From an uncultured bacterium (GTDB taxonomy: Bacteria; Poribacteria; WGA-4E; PCPOR2b), in contig CAZOAL010000003.1 of the NCBI GenBank assembly GCA_964577695.1, positions 163,486 to 227,485 of the forward strand: a DNA stretch of 64,000 bases, in the 5' to 3' direction. Of this stretch, positions 28,797 to 39,247 are shown in pieces. A program made the translations under genes and the position numbers. The notes under the pieces are model-generated. The model was not told the DNA's origin. It saw only the letters and a program-made list of their open reading frames with translations, and did no database searches. Numbering within the stretch: position 1 is the stretch's first letter; each line of letters starts with the position of its first letter.

Positions 28797-28866
28797 CCCG
28801 GTTGTCCTTTGGACACCGGGTGTTTGAAATTGACACACCCGGTGTCTAAAGACAACCGGGGTGTAA
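28797..28866. promoter_or_regulatory. operator-like 25-bp inverted repeat (cggttgtcctttggacaccgggtgt N11 acacccggtgtctaaagacaaccg) upstream of the J-protein gene
   Basis: read directly; 27-95 nt upstream of the minus-strand start at 28770. Confidence 0.5.
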
Positions 28867-28954
28867 TATTTTTAATTTTAGACGTGCTGATATGGAAAAA
28901 GTATAGCCATTTCGACAATTTTTTACTTTTTTGCTGATGCCGTGCTTCCCTGTT

Positions 28955-28984
28955 TTGCCTTGACTTTTAATCATGCCTTTGCTA
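28955..28984 (+). promoter_or_regulatory. sigma70-like promoter TTGACT-N17-TAAAAT
   Basis: ttgacttttaatcatgcctttgctaaaatag. Confidence 0.45.
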
Positions 28985-29223
28985 AAATAGCGTGGATCTA
29001 ACGGCAAGTGAGATCGTCAACGGTTGGTGACCTGATGACGCGTTACATTCACCTACTGGAAGGCGAAAGGGATGTTTTCATAGCGAACCCATAAACACAC
29101 GATAGAGACAACGAGGAATGAGGGGAGAGGTTACAAAGGCTGAAAGTGATATTGTGAAGAAGATGCTTACCAAGCAAGGAAATCTGTGTTATCATTTTGA
29201 TTATCTAAACGAAGGAGATTTTT

Positions 29224-30801
29224 ATGGATGAGAAAAAGTTATGGACGGCGAAGGCAGCGGGAATGAAAAGAACGCTTTCAGAGATTCCCGAGCCGTCTGC
29301 GTATAGTCCTGTGACAGATGCCCTTCAAAGGGTGACGCAATTAGGCGAACCAGAAATTGCCGCGATTCTCAAGAATTTTAGCTCAATGCCACAGTCAACG
29401 CTGGTTTTCGCGAACCCGGTTTTACATCATGCAATGGTCCACTGTGATAATACAGATATAACCTTGGATATCCGGAGTTTTGCCATTCGCGGCCTCATCC
29501 GAGAAAGTGAAATTGTCGCGGGCGACTTTAGCCCGGCGTATCTCACTTTTGTTGGTTTATTTGGTCGAAAACCAGAGGTCACTCCGGCAGGGGTCGATGA
29601 AGAAGCGATGCTTGACGCCTCCATCAATCGGAAGTTTTACAGGTCGATGGGAATCATCAGAGAAAGCCTCATGGGGCATGAGCCAATGATACAGCAGGTT
29701 GCTGAATTTGTCAAAAAGTTTCCAGATTCGGGACCTGAAATGACCATCCAGTATTTCTCAACGCTCCGAAAAGCGCATCTGGTGAAAAATCGAATACCGG
29801 AGCGGGGATTGAACGATGAGCGGCACCCCGGCGCACTGCTTGTAGAGATGATTAGAACTCATATCGAAAATGTGGCGTTCGGAACGATGTCTGTTTATAT
29901 GCGTCATCTGTTACGAGACAATCCGACCTTAACGGCTGAAGCGCTCGTTCACCAGACAGACGATTTCATCTCTCAAGAAGAGGAGGCAGGAAACATGGCG
30001 TTTCGAGCGTGCTATAGCCTGCTACTCGGTCATCATGTCAATACGGTTGAAAGTAAAATTTTAGAGCGAATGGGGATGATACAACTGCATCATGGTTCCG
30101 CTGGAGCCAACATGGTTGCGCGGTATCTGGCAACTTTACACACCGGGTCGGTTTCAGATTTTTTAAGTGCCTCTCAGATGACTTTAGATGGCAACCGACA
30201 TTTTGGGGCGATTCATGACATGACCCACTTTATGAATGAACTTGAGCCACTAACTCCGGAAAAGCGCGATAAAGCCATTCAGGATAAAGTGCTCAGTGGG
30301 GGATTGCCGACGTTTGGTCACCCGGAAATCGCTGCTGCTGGACGGGCGGACGAAATCCAACAAGACCCACGCCCCGCGATTTACCTCGCCCCGCTCTTTC
30401 GAGCGATAGATAAAGGTCAGATTACGCTAACCGATAAACAGAGAGAACGACTCGCTATCGTTCAGCGCATCTATCAAATCGCTTTTGTTGAGGGAGTCGT
30501 TAAACCGGGAAGGGAACACGAACCCCCACTCCGTCTGACGCCGAATACAGACTTCGGAGGCTGGTCTGTCCAGGAAGCCCTGGGCGTTTATGAAACTGAC
30601 AGGACCCTCCTCACTTATATCTTTAGAGGGTTTGGATGGATGCTGGATGTCCGAGAGCAACTCCAACAAAAAATTATTCGCCCTGTCATTCCACCTGACC
30701 CACGTATTATTCCGACGCCTGGCGCTGACCGAGTGATACCTCAAGTGGTGGTTACTGTTCATAATCGACTTGTTGAGGGGGATGCCTTTACGGTGCATTG
30801 A
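29224..30801 (+). CDS. divergent citrate synthase-like (citrate synthase/citryl-CoA lyase superfamily) protein
   Basis: HHGSAGANMVARYLATLHTGSVSDFLSASQMTLDGNRHFGAIHDMTHF parallels the citrate synthase HADHEGGNVSAHT...LSDPYLSF...GPLHG block; FGHPEIAAAGRADEIQQDPR parallels GYGH..K.DPR; adjacent to icd and mdh. Confidence 0.5.
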   Translation: MDEKKLWTAKAAGMKRTLSEIPEPSAYSPVTDALQRVTQLGEPEIAAILKNFSSMPQSTLVFANPVLHHAMVHCDNTDITLDIRSFAIRGLIRESEIVAGDFSPAYLTFVGLFGRKPEVTPAGVDEEAMLDASINRKFYRSMGIIRESLMGHEPMIQQVAEFVKKFPDSGPEMTIQYFSTLRKAHLVKNRIPERGLNDERHPGALLVEMIRTHIENVAFGTMSVYMRHLLRDNPTLTAEALVHQTDDFISQEEEAGNMAFRACYSLLLGHHVNTVESKILERMGMIQLHHGSAGANMVARYLATLHTGSVSDFLSASQMTLDGNRHFGAIHDMTHFMNELEPLTPEKRDKAIQDKVLSGGLPTFGHPEIAAAGRADEIQQDPRPAIYLAPLFRAIDKGQITLTDKQRERLAIVQRIYQIAFVEGVVKPGREHEPPLRLTPNTDFGGWSVQEALGVYETDRTLLTYIFRGFGWMLDVREQLQQKIIRPVIPPDPRIIPTPGADRVIPQVVVTVHNRLVEGDAFTVH

Positions 30802-30805
30802 ACCG

Positions 30806-30900
30806 CATGAAACGTATTGCGTATTGCGTATTGCGTACTGCGTATTGCGTGAGTCGTGATACCTGAACCTAACACCTAACACCTAACACCTGACACCTAA
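30806..30900. repeat. (GCGTATT)x5 followed by (CACCTAA)x5 heptamer tracts
   Basis: cgtattgcgtattgcgtattgcgtactgcgtattgcg ... cctaacacctaacacctaacacctgacacctaac. Confidence 0.9.
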
Positions 30901-30916
30901 CGAACGAGGAATAAAA

Positions 30917-32167
30917 ATGATCGAATTTGATAAACTCATAGTGCCCGGAGTCGGCGAAAGAATTGGTAGAGAAAACGGTCGATTGGTTTTTCCCAATCGT
31001 CCGATTATTCCTGTGATTGAGGGCGATGGCATTGGCAGAGACATCATGCGTGCCACTCGCCGGGTGATCGATGCCGCCGTTGAAACCGCCTACGGTGGAG
31101 CCAAACGAATCGCGTGGTTTGATATTTATGCCGGCGAGAAAGCCAACGAAATGTATGGGGAATGGTTGCCCCAGGACACCTTCAAAGCCATTCAGTATTT
31201 TCGGGTTGCCCTGAAGGGGCCCTTGACAACGCCTGTCGGCGGCGGATTTCGTAGCTTAAATGTGACCCTCCGTCAAGAACTAGACCTGTATGCGTGCGTT
31301 CGCCCGGTGCGCCATTTTCAAGGGGTGCCTTCCCCCGTGACGCACCCGGAAAAAATGGATGTCGTCATTTTCCGGGAAAATACCGAAGACGTTTATGCAG
31401 GAATCGAATGGGCGCAGGGAACGCCGGAAGCGAAGAAAGTGATTGAATTTCTCCGCACGCAGATGGGAGCGGACATCCGTGAAGACTCAGGGATCGGTAT
31501 TAAGCCGATCAGCATTTTCGGGACGAAGCGCCTGGTGCGAATGGCGCTCCAATACGCCATCGATCATCACCGCCGGAGTGTCACGCTCGTTCACAAGGGC
31601 AACATTATGAAATTCACGGAAGGTGCTTTCCGTGATTGGGGCTATGAAGTTGCGAAGGAAGAATTCGGGGGTCAGACGGTCACAGAAGATGCGGTTTATA
31701 GCCAATACAATGGGAGAATCCCTGAAGGAAAGATTGTTATTAAAGATCGGATCGCGGATAGCATGTTACAGCAGATCTTGACACGAACGGACGACTACGA
31801 CGTCATTGCAACACCTAACCTGAACGGTGACTACCTCTCCGATGCCTGCGCCGCGCAGGTGGGTGGAATCGGGATGGCACCGGGTGGCAACATCGGTGAT
31901 GAACAGGCGCTGTTTGAAGCCACCCATGGGACTGCGCCCAAGTACACCGATCAAGACGTGTCCAATCCCAGTTCACTCATCCTTTCGGCGGTGATGATGC
32001 TCGAACACATCGGTTGGCAGGGTGCCGCAGATCTCGTGACTCAGGGGCTTGGGCAGGCAATTCTACAAAAGCGTGTGACTTATGACCTCGAACGTTTGAT
32101 GGAAGGCGCGACGAAACTTCACACCTCGGAGTTTGGAACCGCAATTATTGAGAATTTTAAATCATAA
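30917..32167 (+). CDS. icd: NADP-dependent isocitrate dehydrogenase
   Basis: collinear with E. coli Icd from the N-terminus ([15 protein letters not shown]...). Confidence 0.85.
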   Translation: MIEFDKLIVPGVGERIGRENGRLVFPNRPIIPVIEGDGIGRDIMRATRRVIDAAVETAYGGAKRIAWFDIYAGEKANEMYGEWLPQDTFKAIQYFRVALKGPLTTPVGGGFRSLNVTLRQELDLYACVRPVRHFQGVPSPVTHPEKMDVVIFRENTEDVYAGIEWAQGTPEAKKVIEFLRTQMGADIREDSGIGIKPISIFGTKRLVRMALQYAIDHHRRSVTLVHKGNIMKFTEGAFRDWGYEVAKEEFGGQTVTEDAVYSQYNGRIPEGKIVIKDRIADSMLQQILTRTDDYDVIATPNLNGDYLSDACAAQVGGIGMAPGGNIGDEQALFEATHGTAPKYTDQDVSNPSSLILSAVMMLEHIGWQGAADLVTQGLGQAILQKRVTYDLERLMEGATKLHTSEFGTAIIENFKS

Positions 32168-32226
32168 TGCGTAATACGTAATGCGTAAAAATCCTACTTA
32201 TTACGCATTACGTATTACGTATTACG
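32166..32226. terminator. heptamer-built hairpin (aatgcgtaatacgtaatgcgtaa / ttacgcattacgtattacgtattacgcatt) after icd
   Basis: perfect inverted heptamer arrays directly after the stop. Confidence 0.55.
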
Positions 32227-32242
32227 CATTCAGGAGAAACAA

Positions 32243-33169
32243 ATGGCTAGGAAAAAAATCAGCGTCATCGGCGCTGGAAACGTTGGCGCGACTGCCGCAT
32301 TTCTTATCGCTCAAAAGCAAGTTGGCGATGTCGTGATGGTGGATATTATCGATGGGATTCCACAGGGGAAGAGTTTGGACATGGCACAAGCATCCCCTAT
32401 TGAGCTCTTTGACGCAAGCGTTACAGGCTCGCTGGATTATGAAGCGACTGCTGGCTCTGACCTCGTCATCATTACGTCTGGCTCTCCCCGCAAGCCGGGC
32501 ATGACCCGCGAAGACCTCTTGCAGACCAATGCGAAAATCGTTGGCATCGTCACGGAAAGCGTGGTGAAGCACTCGCCGAATTGTATCATCGTGATGTTGA
32601 CAAACCCGCTGGACATCATGACCTATCATGCGTGGAAGGTGTCGGGTTTCCCACCCAATCGCGTCCTTGGACAAGCTGGCGTCCTGGATTCAGCGCGGTT
32701 CCGTTATTTTATCGCTCTGGAACTTGGCGTCTCTGTCGAAGACGTTCAGGCACTTGTGATGGGGGGACACGGGGATACGATGGTGCCCCTGCCGCGTTAT
32801 ACAACGGTTGCCGGGGTTCCAATCACACAACTCATGTCCCCTGAGCGAATCACAGCGCTTGCCGAGCGGACACGCGACGGCGGCGCTGAAATCGTCAACC
32901 TGCTGAAAACCAGCGGTTACTACGCCGCCGGTGCCGCGCTCGCTCAAATGGCAGAAGCTATCATCCGAGACAAGAAGCGGATTATCCCTTGCTCGGCTTA
33001 CCTCACCGGACAGTACGGCATCAATGACCTGTACAGCGGCGTCCCGATTAAATTGGGGGCGGGCGGCGTTGAGCAGGTTATCGAAATCGAACTGACAGAC
33101 GATGAACTTCAGGCGTTGCAAACGTCGGCTCAGACGTATCGGGAAGGGATTCAACTGCTGGGGTATTGA
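32243..33169 (+). CDS. mdh: malate dehydrogenase (LDH-like MDH family)
   Basis: KISVIGAGNVGATAAFL Rossmann N-terminus; 308 aa; family conservation throughout. Confidence 0.85.
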   Translation: MARKKISVIGAGNVGATAAFLIAQKQVGDVVMVDIIDGIPQGKSLDMAQASPIELFDASVTGSLDYEATAGSDLVIITSGSPRKPGMTREDLLQTNAKIVGIVTESVVKHSPNCIIVMLTNPLDIMTYHAWKVSGFPPNRVLGQAGVLDSARFRYFIALELGVSVEDVQALVMGGHGDTMVPLPRYTTVAGVPITQLMSPERITALAERTRDGGAEIVNLLKTSGYYAAGAALAQMAEAIIRDKKRIIPCSAYLTGQYGINDLYSGVPIKLGAGGVEQVIEIELTDDELQALQTSAQTYREGIQLLGY

Positions 33170-33333
33170 TGCCGATTATAGTAAACGATCATGGGAATTA
33201 GTTCGTCTATTCAGAAGTTAGGCGCAATGCCAGTTATAGTGGAGGAGTTCTTTCTCTATCCTTACTAGCGAAGGTCAAGTGAGCAATATGATTTGGAACC
33301 GACAGACTAATCGGGAAGGTGAGTCGAGAATTC

Positions 33334-34107
33334 ATGGCAGAGCGAAAAAAGAAAGGGCGTCAGATCGTTGTTCACCTTTTGGCGTTTCTGGTACTCTTGT
33401 GTTTGTGGCAGTCGTTCGCATTGGCGTTCTTTCGGGGTTCAGAAATTTTCCCTGCCCCGTATGCTGTACTGAGAGCGTTGTTTGTGGAGATTCCTCCAAA
33501 AAGCCTTGTCAGTGATTGTGTGGCAAGCCTGAGTCGCGTGGGCGTTGGGTTGCTGGCAGCGATGATTCTGGGCATTGGGTTGGGCGTGCTCTTAGGGATG
33601 TTGCCGCGTGTGGGTCTGTATTTGACGACGCTTATCGAGTTCTTTCGTCCCATTCCGCCCATTGCTTGGATTCCGCTTGCTATCCTGTGGTTCGGCATTG
33701 GGGAGGTGTCGTCTTATTTCATCATATTCATGGCGGCGTTCTTTCCCATTTTCACGAACTCGTTTGCAGGAGCGCGTTCCCTCAGTCCCATCCACACAAC
33801 CGTCGCACGCAGTTTGAAGGTTCGCTGGACACTGTTCCTTCAGCACGTCCTGTTGCCGTCTGCGCTGCCGCAGATTGTGACAGGCGTGCGCGTCGGGTTA
33901 GGCATCGCTTGGATGGCAGTCATCGCATCTGAGATGGTGGCGGCTCAATCAGGCTTGGGTTACATGATTCAACTTAATCGCCTGCTGCTGTTAAGTGACC
34001 GTGTGGTCGCGGGGATGGTCATTATTGGTCTGGTTGGTTATGTAATGAACCAACTGGCACTACTGATTGGCGAGGTGCTAACGCCATGGACACGGCTCAA
34101 CAACTAA
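33334..34107 (+). CDS. ABC transporter permease, NitT/TauT (SsuC-like) family
   Basis: six TM segments; EAA-like loop; GTG 33319 is an alternative start. Confidence 0.75.
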   Translation: MAERKKKGRQIVVHLLAFLVLLCLWQSFALAFFRGSEIFPAPYAVLRALFVEIPPKSLVSDCVASLSRVGVGLLAAMILGIGLGVLLGMLPRVGLYLTTLIEFFRPIPPIAWIPLAILWFGIGEVSSYFIIFMAAFFPIFTNSFAGARSLSPIHTTVARSLKVRWTLFLQHVLLPSALPQIVTGVRVGLGIAWMAVIASEMVAAQSGLGYMIQLNRLLLLSDRVVAGMVIIGLVGYVMNQLALLIGEVLTPWTRLNN

Positions 34108-34925
34108 TCGGTCTTGGGGCACAGGCGGTTGACGCACGGATGGTGGTTTCGGAAGTGAGCAAGGTCTTCCAAAATGGAACTGCCGTGCTTCCCGTGCTGG
34201 AAAGTCTTTCGTTTACGGTGCAAGATGGCGAAGTGTTGGCAGTCGTCGGACCCAGCGGTTGTGGCAAGACAACGCTGCTTCACGTTCTCGGTGGACTACA
34301 ACCCCCCACCGCTGGAAGCATCGTCCTGGATGGAGAGCCATTGACAGAACCGTCTCGGAAAATTTCCTATGTGTTTCAGGAAGATAGCCTCTTCCCCTGG
34401 AAGACGGTGATGGGCAATATATTATTTGCGCTAGAGGCTCAAGACATCGGAAAGAAGGAAGCCGTGCCGCGAGCGCGAAAGTATATTGAGATGGTTGGGC
34501 TGACAGGGTTCGAGCACTACTATCCTGCTCAACTTTCCGGCGGGATGAAACAGCGTGTGGCTCTGGCGCGGGCACTTGCCACCGAACCCGAAATCTTGCT
34601 GATGGACGAACCGCTCGCAGCCCTTGATCCCGAGCGCCGTGAGAAGTTGCAGGAGGAGATCTCGGATATTCAGCATCACCTTGCTCGCACGATTGTCTTA
34701 GTCAGTCACGATGTTGACGAAATTGTATTTCTGGCAAACCGTGTCATTGTACTCTCGGGACGCCCTGCGACAATACGGGAGGAGGTTACTGTTAACCTTC
34801 CCTTCCCACGCACGGCAAGCGTCCGAGCCACCGATGAATTCATGCACATCAAAGCACATATTTGGAAGGTGCTGAGAGGCATCAATTCGACTGAGAATGG
34901 TTCACTAATGAAGGAGAATGAATAA
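34086..34925 (+). CDS. ABC transporter ATP-binding protein, NitT/TauT family
   Basis: Walker A GPSGCGKTT, LSGGMKQR, LLMDEP. Confidence 0.85.
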   Translation: MDTAQQLIGLGAQAVDARMVVSEVSKVFQNGTAVLPVLESLSFTVQDGEVLAVVGPSGCGKTTLLHVLGGLQPPTAGSIVLDGEPLTEPSRKISYVFQEDSLFPWKTVMGNILFALEAQDIGKKEAVPRARKYIEMVGLTGFEHYYPAQLSGGMKQRVALARALATEPEILLMDEPLAALDPERREKLQEEISDIQHHLARTIVLVSHDVDEIVFLANRVIVLSGRPATIREEVTVNLPFPRTASVRATDEFMHIKAHIWKVLRGINSTENGSLMKENE

Positions 34926-34926
34926 T

Positions 34927-35949
34927 ATGAATAAACGAAAGATAGGCTTACTTGTTGCCGTTATTGCGATACTAGCGGTTGCCGCTGTCGGTGTTTATGT
35001 GCTACGCCCCCAAGGCAATCTAACTAACAACACGAATCCAGAACAACAGCCGACGTTGCGCGTGGCGTGGATGACTTCATGGGCAACGGCGGGGCAGGTG
35101 GTAGAGGCACTGATTCATACTGATATATTGAAGCGGCACGGCGTTAAGGCGGAGTTCAAGAGTTTCCTATTCGGACCGCCGATGAACGAAGCGGCACTGG
35201 CGGGCAACGTGGACGTGACCATTGTGGGGGATATGCCTGCCATTAGCCTGCTGGGGCGGTCCGGCAAGTGGTCGGTCGTCTCGCGCACGATTTATTTCCC
35301 CTATGCGCTTATGGTGCGCAGTGACGTTGAGGCGAACGATATCGCTGACCTGAAGGGCAAAACAATTGGCGTGCCGTTCGGCTCTGGTCCGCAACCGACG
35401 CTTTACCGCTGGCTGGAGGAAATGGGCTTGAAGATTGAATCGGATGTAAAGGTCATCAATATATTACCGAATGAAATAGGGGAAGCAATCAAATCCAAAC
35501 GTGTGGATGCGGTCATGACGTGGGAGCCGACAATGACAGTTCTTGAAAAGGATAAGAGCGCGCGGGTGCTGAAGGAGGCAAAAGGTGTAGGCTTTATGTG
35601 CATGTCCAACGAGTTCATTGAGAAACATCCCGACGTTGTCCGCCGCTTTGTCGCCGCGTGGAAAGAAGCCCTGTTTTACACCGCACAACACCGCAAGGAG
35701 ACGGATGAGTGGTTTGCAACGGACTCGCGCTTTCCGCTTGACTTGCTCGCCAGCATTCGCATCGTGGATGACAATCTGAAGATGACGAACCTTGAGGGTG
35801 TGGATGTGCGTCTTACTGATGAAGACATTATGATGAACCAACAGAAGGCCGATTTTGCACTTGAGCAGAAATTAATAGCCGGCCCCCTTGATGTAAGGAA
35901 ACAAATACGACAAGAGTTCGCAACAGAAGGTAACCGGAGGAAACTATGA
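34927..35949 (+). CDS. ABC transporter substrate-binding protein (NMT1/THI5/SsuA-like)
   Basis: signal/anchor IGLLVAVIAILAVAAVGV; RBS aaggag 10 nt before ATG 34927. Confidence 0.7.
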   Translation: MNKRKIGLLVAVIAILAVAAVGVYVLRPQGNLTNNTNPEQQPTLRVAWMTSWATAGQVVEALIHTDILKRHGVKAEFKSFLFGPPMNEAALAGNVDVTIVGDMPAISLLGRSGKWSVVSRTIYFPYALMVRSDVEANDIADLKGKTIGVPFGSGPQPTLYRWLEEMGLKIESDVKVINILPNEIGEAIKSKRVDAVMTWEPTMTVLEKDKSARVLKEAKGVGFMCMSNEFIEKHPDVVRRFVAAWKEALFYTAQHRKETDEWFATDSRFPLDLLASIRIVDDNLKMTNLEGVDVRLTDEDIMMNQQKADFALEQKLIAGPLDVRKQIRQEFATEGNRRKL

Positions 35950-36626
35950 GTGATCATCAATCGGATTCCGATGAAAACCAGTGGCCTATGTACGTACTGT
36001 TAGGGAGTATTTTAGGGGGGCTGATAGTATTTGGCGTGATGTTGATGGTGTCTTGCCCTGGATTGATGTCACAGGAGCCGCCTGAAGGCACCGTAAAAAT
36101 TCATCAACTCCTCTATGAATCCACTTCAATCCTCGGTGTCTCCGTTGCGATCGTGGTGGCTGGTTTAGCAGTTGCAGCTCCTTTGTATATTTTTCTATGG
36201 CAATCCTTGACTGACTCCATTTTTCATGTCTTCCTGACCCTGTCCGACCAATATGAACGGGCAAGTGTAGCAGATAAGGAAAAACTAAAGAAATTAAAAC
36301 AGGAGGCTTTCGACACTTTGCAAGATTTGCAAAACCGTATAAAGCCAATGCGATTGATGTTCGGTTTTTCACTAATCTGGGCAATTTGCCTTTTGGTTTT
36401 GCTTGCTACTGTCATAGTCTTGCCTCGGCAAGAATATGCTTACGTAGTAGCGACAGGCGCTGTCCTTCTTTCTCTTGGGCTCGCGACTTTGTTTTTATCT
36501 CTGGTGCTTCGTGTTCAACGTCTAGGCCCTGTACCTCAAAAGTTCACTTTGCAGATAGCTCTGGCGAAAATTTTGGATGAAAGAGACCACGAGCAGAACA
36601 GGAATAATAACTATGATGAAGATTGA
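35946..36626 (+). CDS. hypothetical membrane protein (226 aa)
   Basis: about four TM segments; ATGA-coupled to the substrate-binding-protein gene. Confidence 0.5.
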   Translation: MSDHQSDSDENQWPMYVLLGSILGGLIVFGVMLMVSCPGLMSQEPPEGTVKIHQLLYESTSILGVSVAIVVAGLAVAAPLYIFLWQSLTDSIFHVFLTLSDQYERASVADKEKLKKLKQEAFDTLQDLQNRIKPMRLMFGFSLIWAICLLVLLATVIVLPRQEYAYVVATGAVLLSLGLATLFLSLVLRVQRLGPVPQKFTLQIALAKILDERDHEQNRNNNYDED

Positions 36627-38040
36627 CCTCATATATCCTGCATCAACTTCTGGTAGCGAAAACTACTCCAGTGAGCCACCGCTGGGACCAATTGCGCTAT
36701 ATTCATCGCTGCCTGAAGAATGGCGTCGTCATGTGCGCTTTCTGGATAGCACCGTAATGACGCAGACGGAGATTGACGAGGGAGTCAACGAGCGCAAAGC
36801 AGATGTTGTTGCCATCAGTTGCACGATGTTCAATTACGCCAACGCAGTGCGTTTGGCAGAAGTTGCCAAACGGAATGGCTCGTGGGTGGTCTTGGGCGGC
36901 ATCCACATCACCTACCTGCGTGACGCGATTTTGGCGAAGATGCAGCAAGGCGAACGGGCAATTGATTTCTTGGTTACAGGCTACGGCGAACCCACCTTCT
37001 ACCCACTACTGCGGGCGTTGGCGATGGGCGGTTCGGTGACGGACATTCCCAACCTGAGTTACATAGAGAACGGACACATCGTCGTCAACCCGTCCGCCTA
37101 TAATCGACACGGTAGCGACCCGCTGGCTGAATCAATTGATTACCGCCCGATTGATTTTCGACGATACAGTGAGAAGTTCCAACGATACGGCAATCTAAGT
37201 TCCGTCAGTGTTGCCGCGTCCATGTTCACTCAACGTGGTTGCGCATACGCTGGCTCGCGCAAATGCACCTTCTGCTCTATTGAGCAAATCAACCCCCGCC
37301 GCCCGCCGAACCTAATTGAGCAGGACATTATAACGCTAATCACAGAGCACCACGCCGACCACATTCGTATCAGCGATGGTGACTTCACGGTGGACATCCG
37401 TCACATGAAGCGTGTCGCCGATGCCGCCGAACACGCCTTTGCCAAGACGGGACGTCGCCCCACCTTCTACTGCTTCGCCCGCGCCGATGAGATTGATGAG
37501 GCGCGAATTGAAGCACTCAAACGGCTGAACGTCGTCTCAGTGTTCATCGGATACGAGTCAGGCAGCGATGAAATGTTGCGGTCTATGCACAAATACACTA
37601 CTAAAGAGCAAAACTTACGTTCCACCGAGTTGCTGAAACAACATGGAATAGACGTAATTTGTGCGGGCATCGTTTTGGGCGCGGAGGGCGAGACAGAAGC
37701 GACGCTTCAGGAAACTCTTCAGTTCGTCCGTGAGTTGAAATCCATTGGCAACACCCATGCTTTAGTTGCTACACCTCTCATCCCCCTGCCAGGCTCGCCA
37801 TCCTTCACCCGCCTGTTGCAAGTGCTAGCAAAAGACGCTCCCGGCAAGTATCAAGAAGTCATCACCGCCGATGACTTCGACATTGAAGAACTCATAGAGA
37901 TCTGGAACAGGTACATGTGCAACGTACCCTTGTCCCGTCTGTTACGGGCTTCTGACGAAATCGCTACTCTATTCCGCATTGGTATTCGCTTTCTCAACTT
38001 CTCGCACGAGGGAAGCGTCACGCTGTCCAACAAAAAATAG
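36619..38040 (+). CDS. B12-binding domain radical SAM protein
   Basis: N-terminal cobalamin-binding-like domain (VVAISC...VVLGGIH); Cys cluster CAYAGSRKCTFCS with Cx8Cx2C spacing. Confidence 0.6.
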   Translation, partial: KIDLIYPASTSGSENYSSEPPLGPIALYSSLPEEWRRHVRFLDSTVMTQTEIDEGVNERKADVVAISCTMFNYANAVRLAEVAKRNGSWVVLGGIHITYLRDAILAKMQQGERAIDFLVTGYGEPTFYPLLRALAMGGSVTDIPNLSYIENGHIVVNPSAYNRHGSDPLAESIDYRPIDFRRYSEKFQRYGNLSSVSVAASMFTQRGCAYAGSRKCTFCSIEQINPRRPPNLIEQDIITLITEHHADHIRISDGDFTVDIRHMKRVADAAEHAFAKTGRRPTFYCFARADEIDEARIEALKRLNVVSVFIGYESGSDEMLRSMHKYTTKEQNLRSTELLKQHGIDVICAGIVLGAEGETEATLQETLQFVRELKSIGNTHALVATPLIPLPGSPSFTRLLQVLAKDAPGKYQEVITADDFDIEELIEIWNRYMCNVPLSRLLRASDEIATLFRIGIRFLNFSHEGSVTLSNKK

Positions 38041-38102
38041 CGCATTGGCTGCTGCACTATGCTCCACAGAAAACCTCACCTTTAGGTTGCGGCTTCGTCT
38101 AA

Positions 38103-38429
<327 letters not shown>

Positions 38430-38465
38430 ACAAAGATTCAGGATACAAGATACAGAATACAGCAT
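38430..38465. repeat. degenerate heptamer tract (gattcag gatacaa gatacag aatacag)
   Basis: read directly. Confidence 0.7.
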
Positions 38466-38506
38466 GTTTCAAATGTCTGAGACTTGTGATAGAATAAGGG
38501 ACAGAG

Positions 38507-38764
38507 GTGATGACGATGCCGACATTGACATTGACCGATGAACAGGTGATTGAATTGGTTAAGCAATTGCCGCCAGAGCGCAAGCGGGTGGCGTTGCTGG
38601 CGGAGGATGCCTGTGCCCGACGGGAGGCACGTCTGGACTATGCCGAGGCACAGTTGCGGCGGCTGTGCGCCGAACGTGGACGGAATTGGGATGCGATGAG
38701 CGAGGACGAGCGCGAGGCGTTCATTGACGACCTGGTGCATGAGGACAGACCATGTGCTATGTAG
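38507..38764 (+). CDS. putative antitoxin partner of the PIN-domain protein (85 aa)
   Basis: small acidic helical protein overlapping the PIN gene by 13 nt. Confidence 0.5.
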   Translation: MMTMPTLTLTDEQVIELVKQLPPERKRVALLAEDACARREARLDYAEAQLRRLCAERGRNWDAMSEDEREAFIDDLVHEDRPCAM

Positions 38765-39165
38765 CCGTGTTCGACACCAACATCCTGTTATCGGGAGTGG
38801 GCTGGCGGGGCAATCCTTATCGCTGCCTTGAGTTGGCACGGGCTGGCATGGTGGAAGGAGTCCTCTGTCAGGAGTTGCTAGACGAGTTGACGGAGAAACT
38901 CCAAACCAGGTTGAAGTTTTCCACTGCTCAAGTCACTGACACTGTTGTCGATTTACTGACCTTCCTGCGGATGGTGACTATCACGAACACCCTAAAGGTT
39001 GTCGCCGCTGACCCCGACGATGACAAAGTGTTGGAGTGTGCGGTGGTCGGCGGAGCAACTCACATCGTCACAGGTGACCGGCACCATCTGCTGCCACTGG
39101 GCAATTATCAAGGCATTTCCATCGTCAGTGCTGCCGATTTTCTCATGCTGGTGCCTGTGCCGTGA
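38752..39165 (+). CDS. PIN-domain ribonuclease (VapC-like toxin)
   Basis: VFDTNILL N-terminal motif; acidic cluster AADPDDDKVLECA; C-terminal IVTGD. Confidence 0.7.
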   Translation: MCYVAVFDTNILLSGVGWRGNPYRCLELARAGMVEGVLCQELLDELTEKLQTRLKFSTAQVTDTVVDLLTFLRMVTITNTLKVVAADPDDDKVLECAVVGGATHIVTGDRHHLLPLGNYQGISIVSAADFLMLVPVP

Positions 39166-39247
39166 TGAAGTGGGGAATTTTACGGAAGTACCAAGGCGAC
39201 GGCAAAAAAGATTGGGGTCAAGTTCAGAGGAAGGTAGTTTTGTAGAG

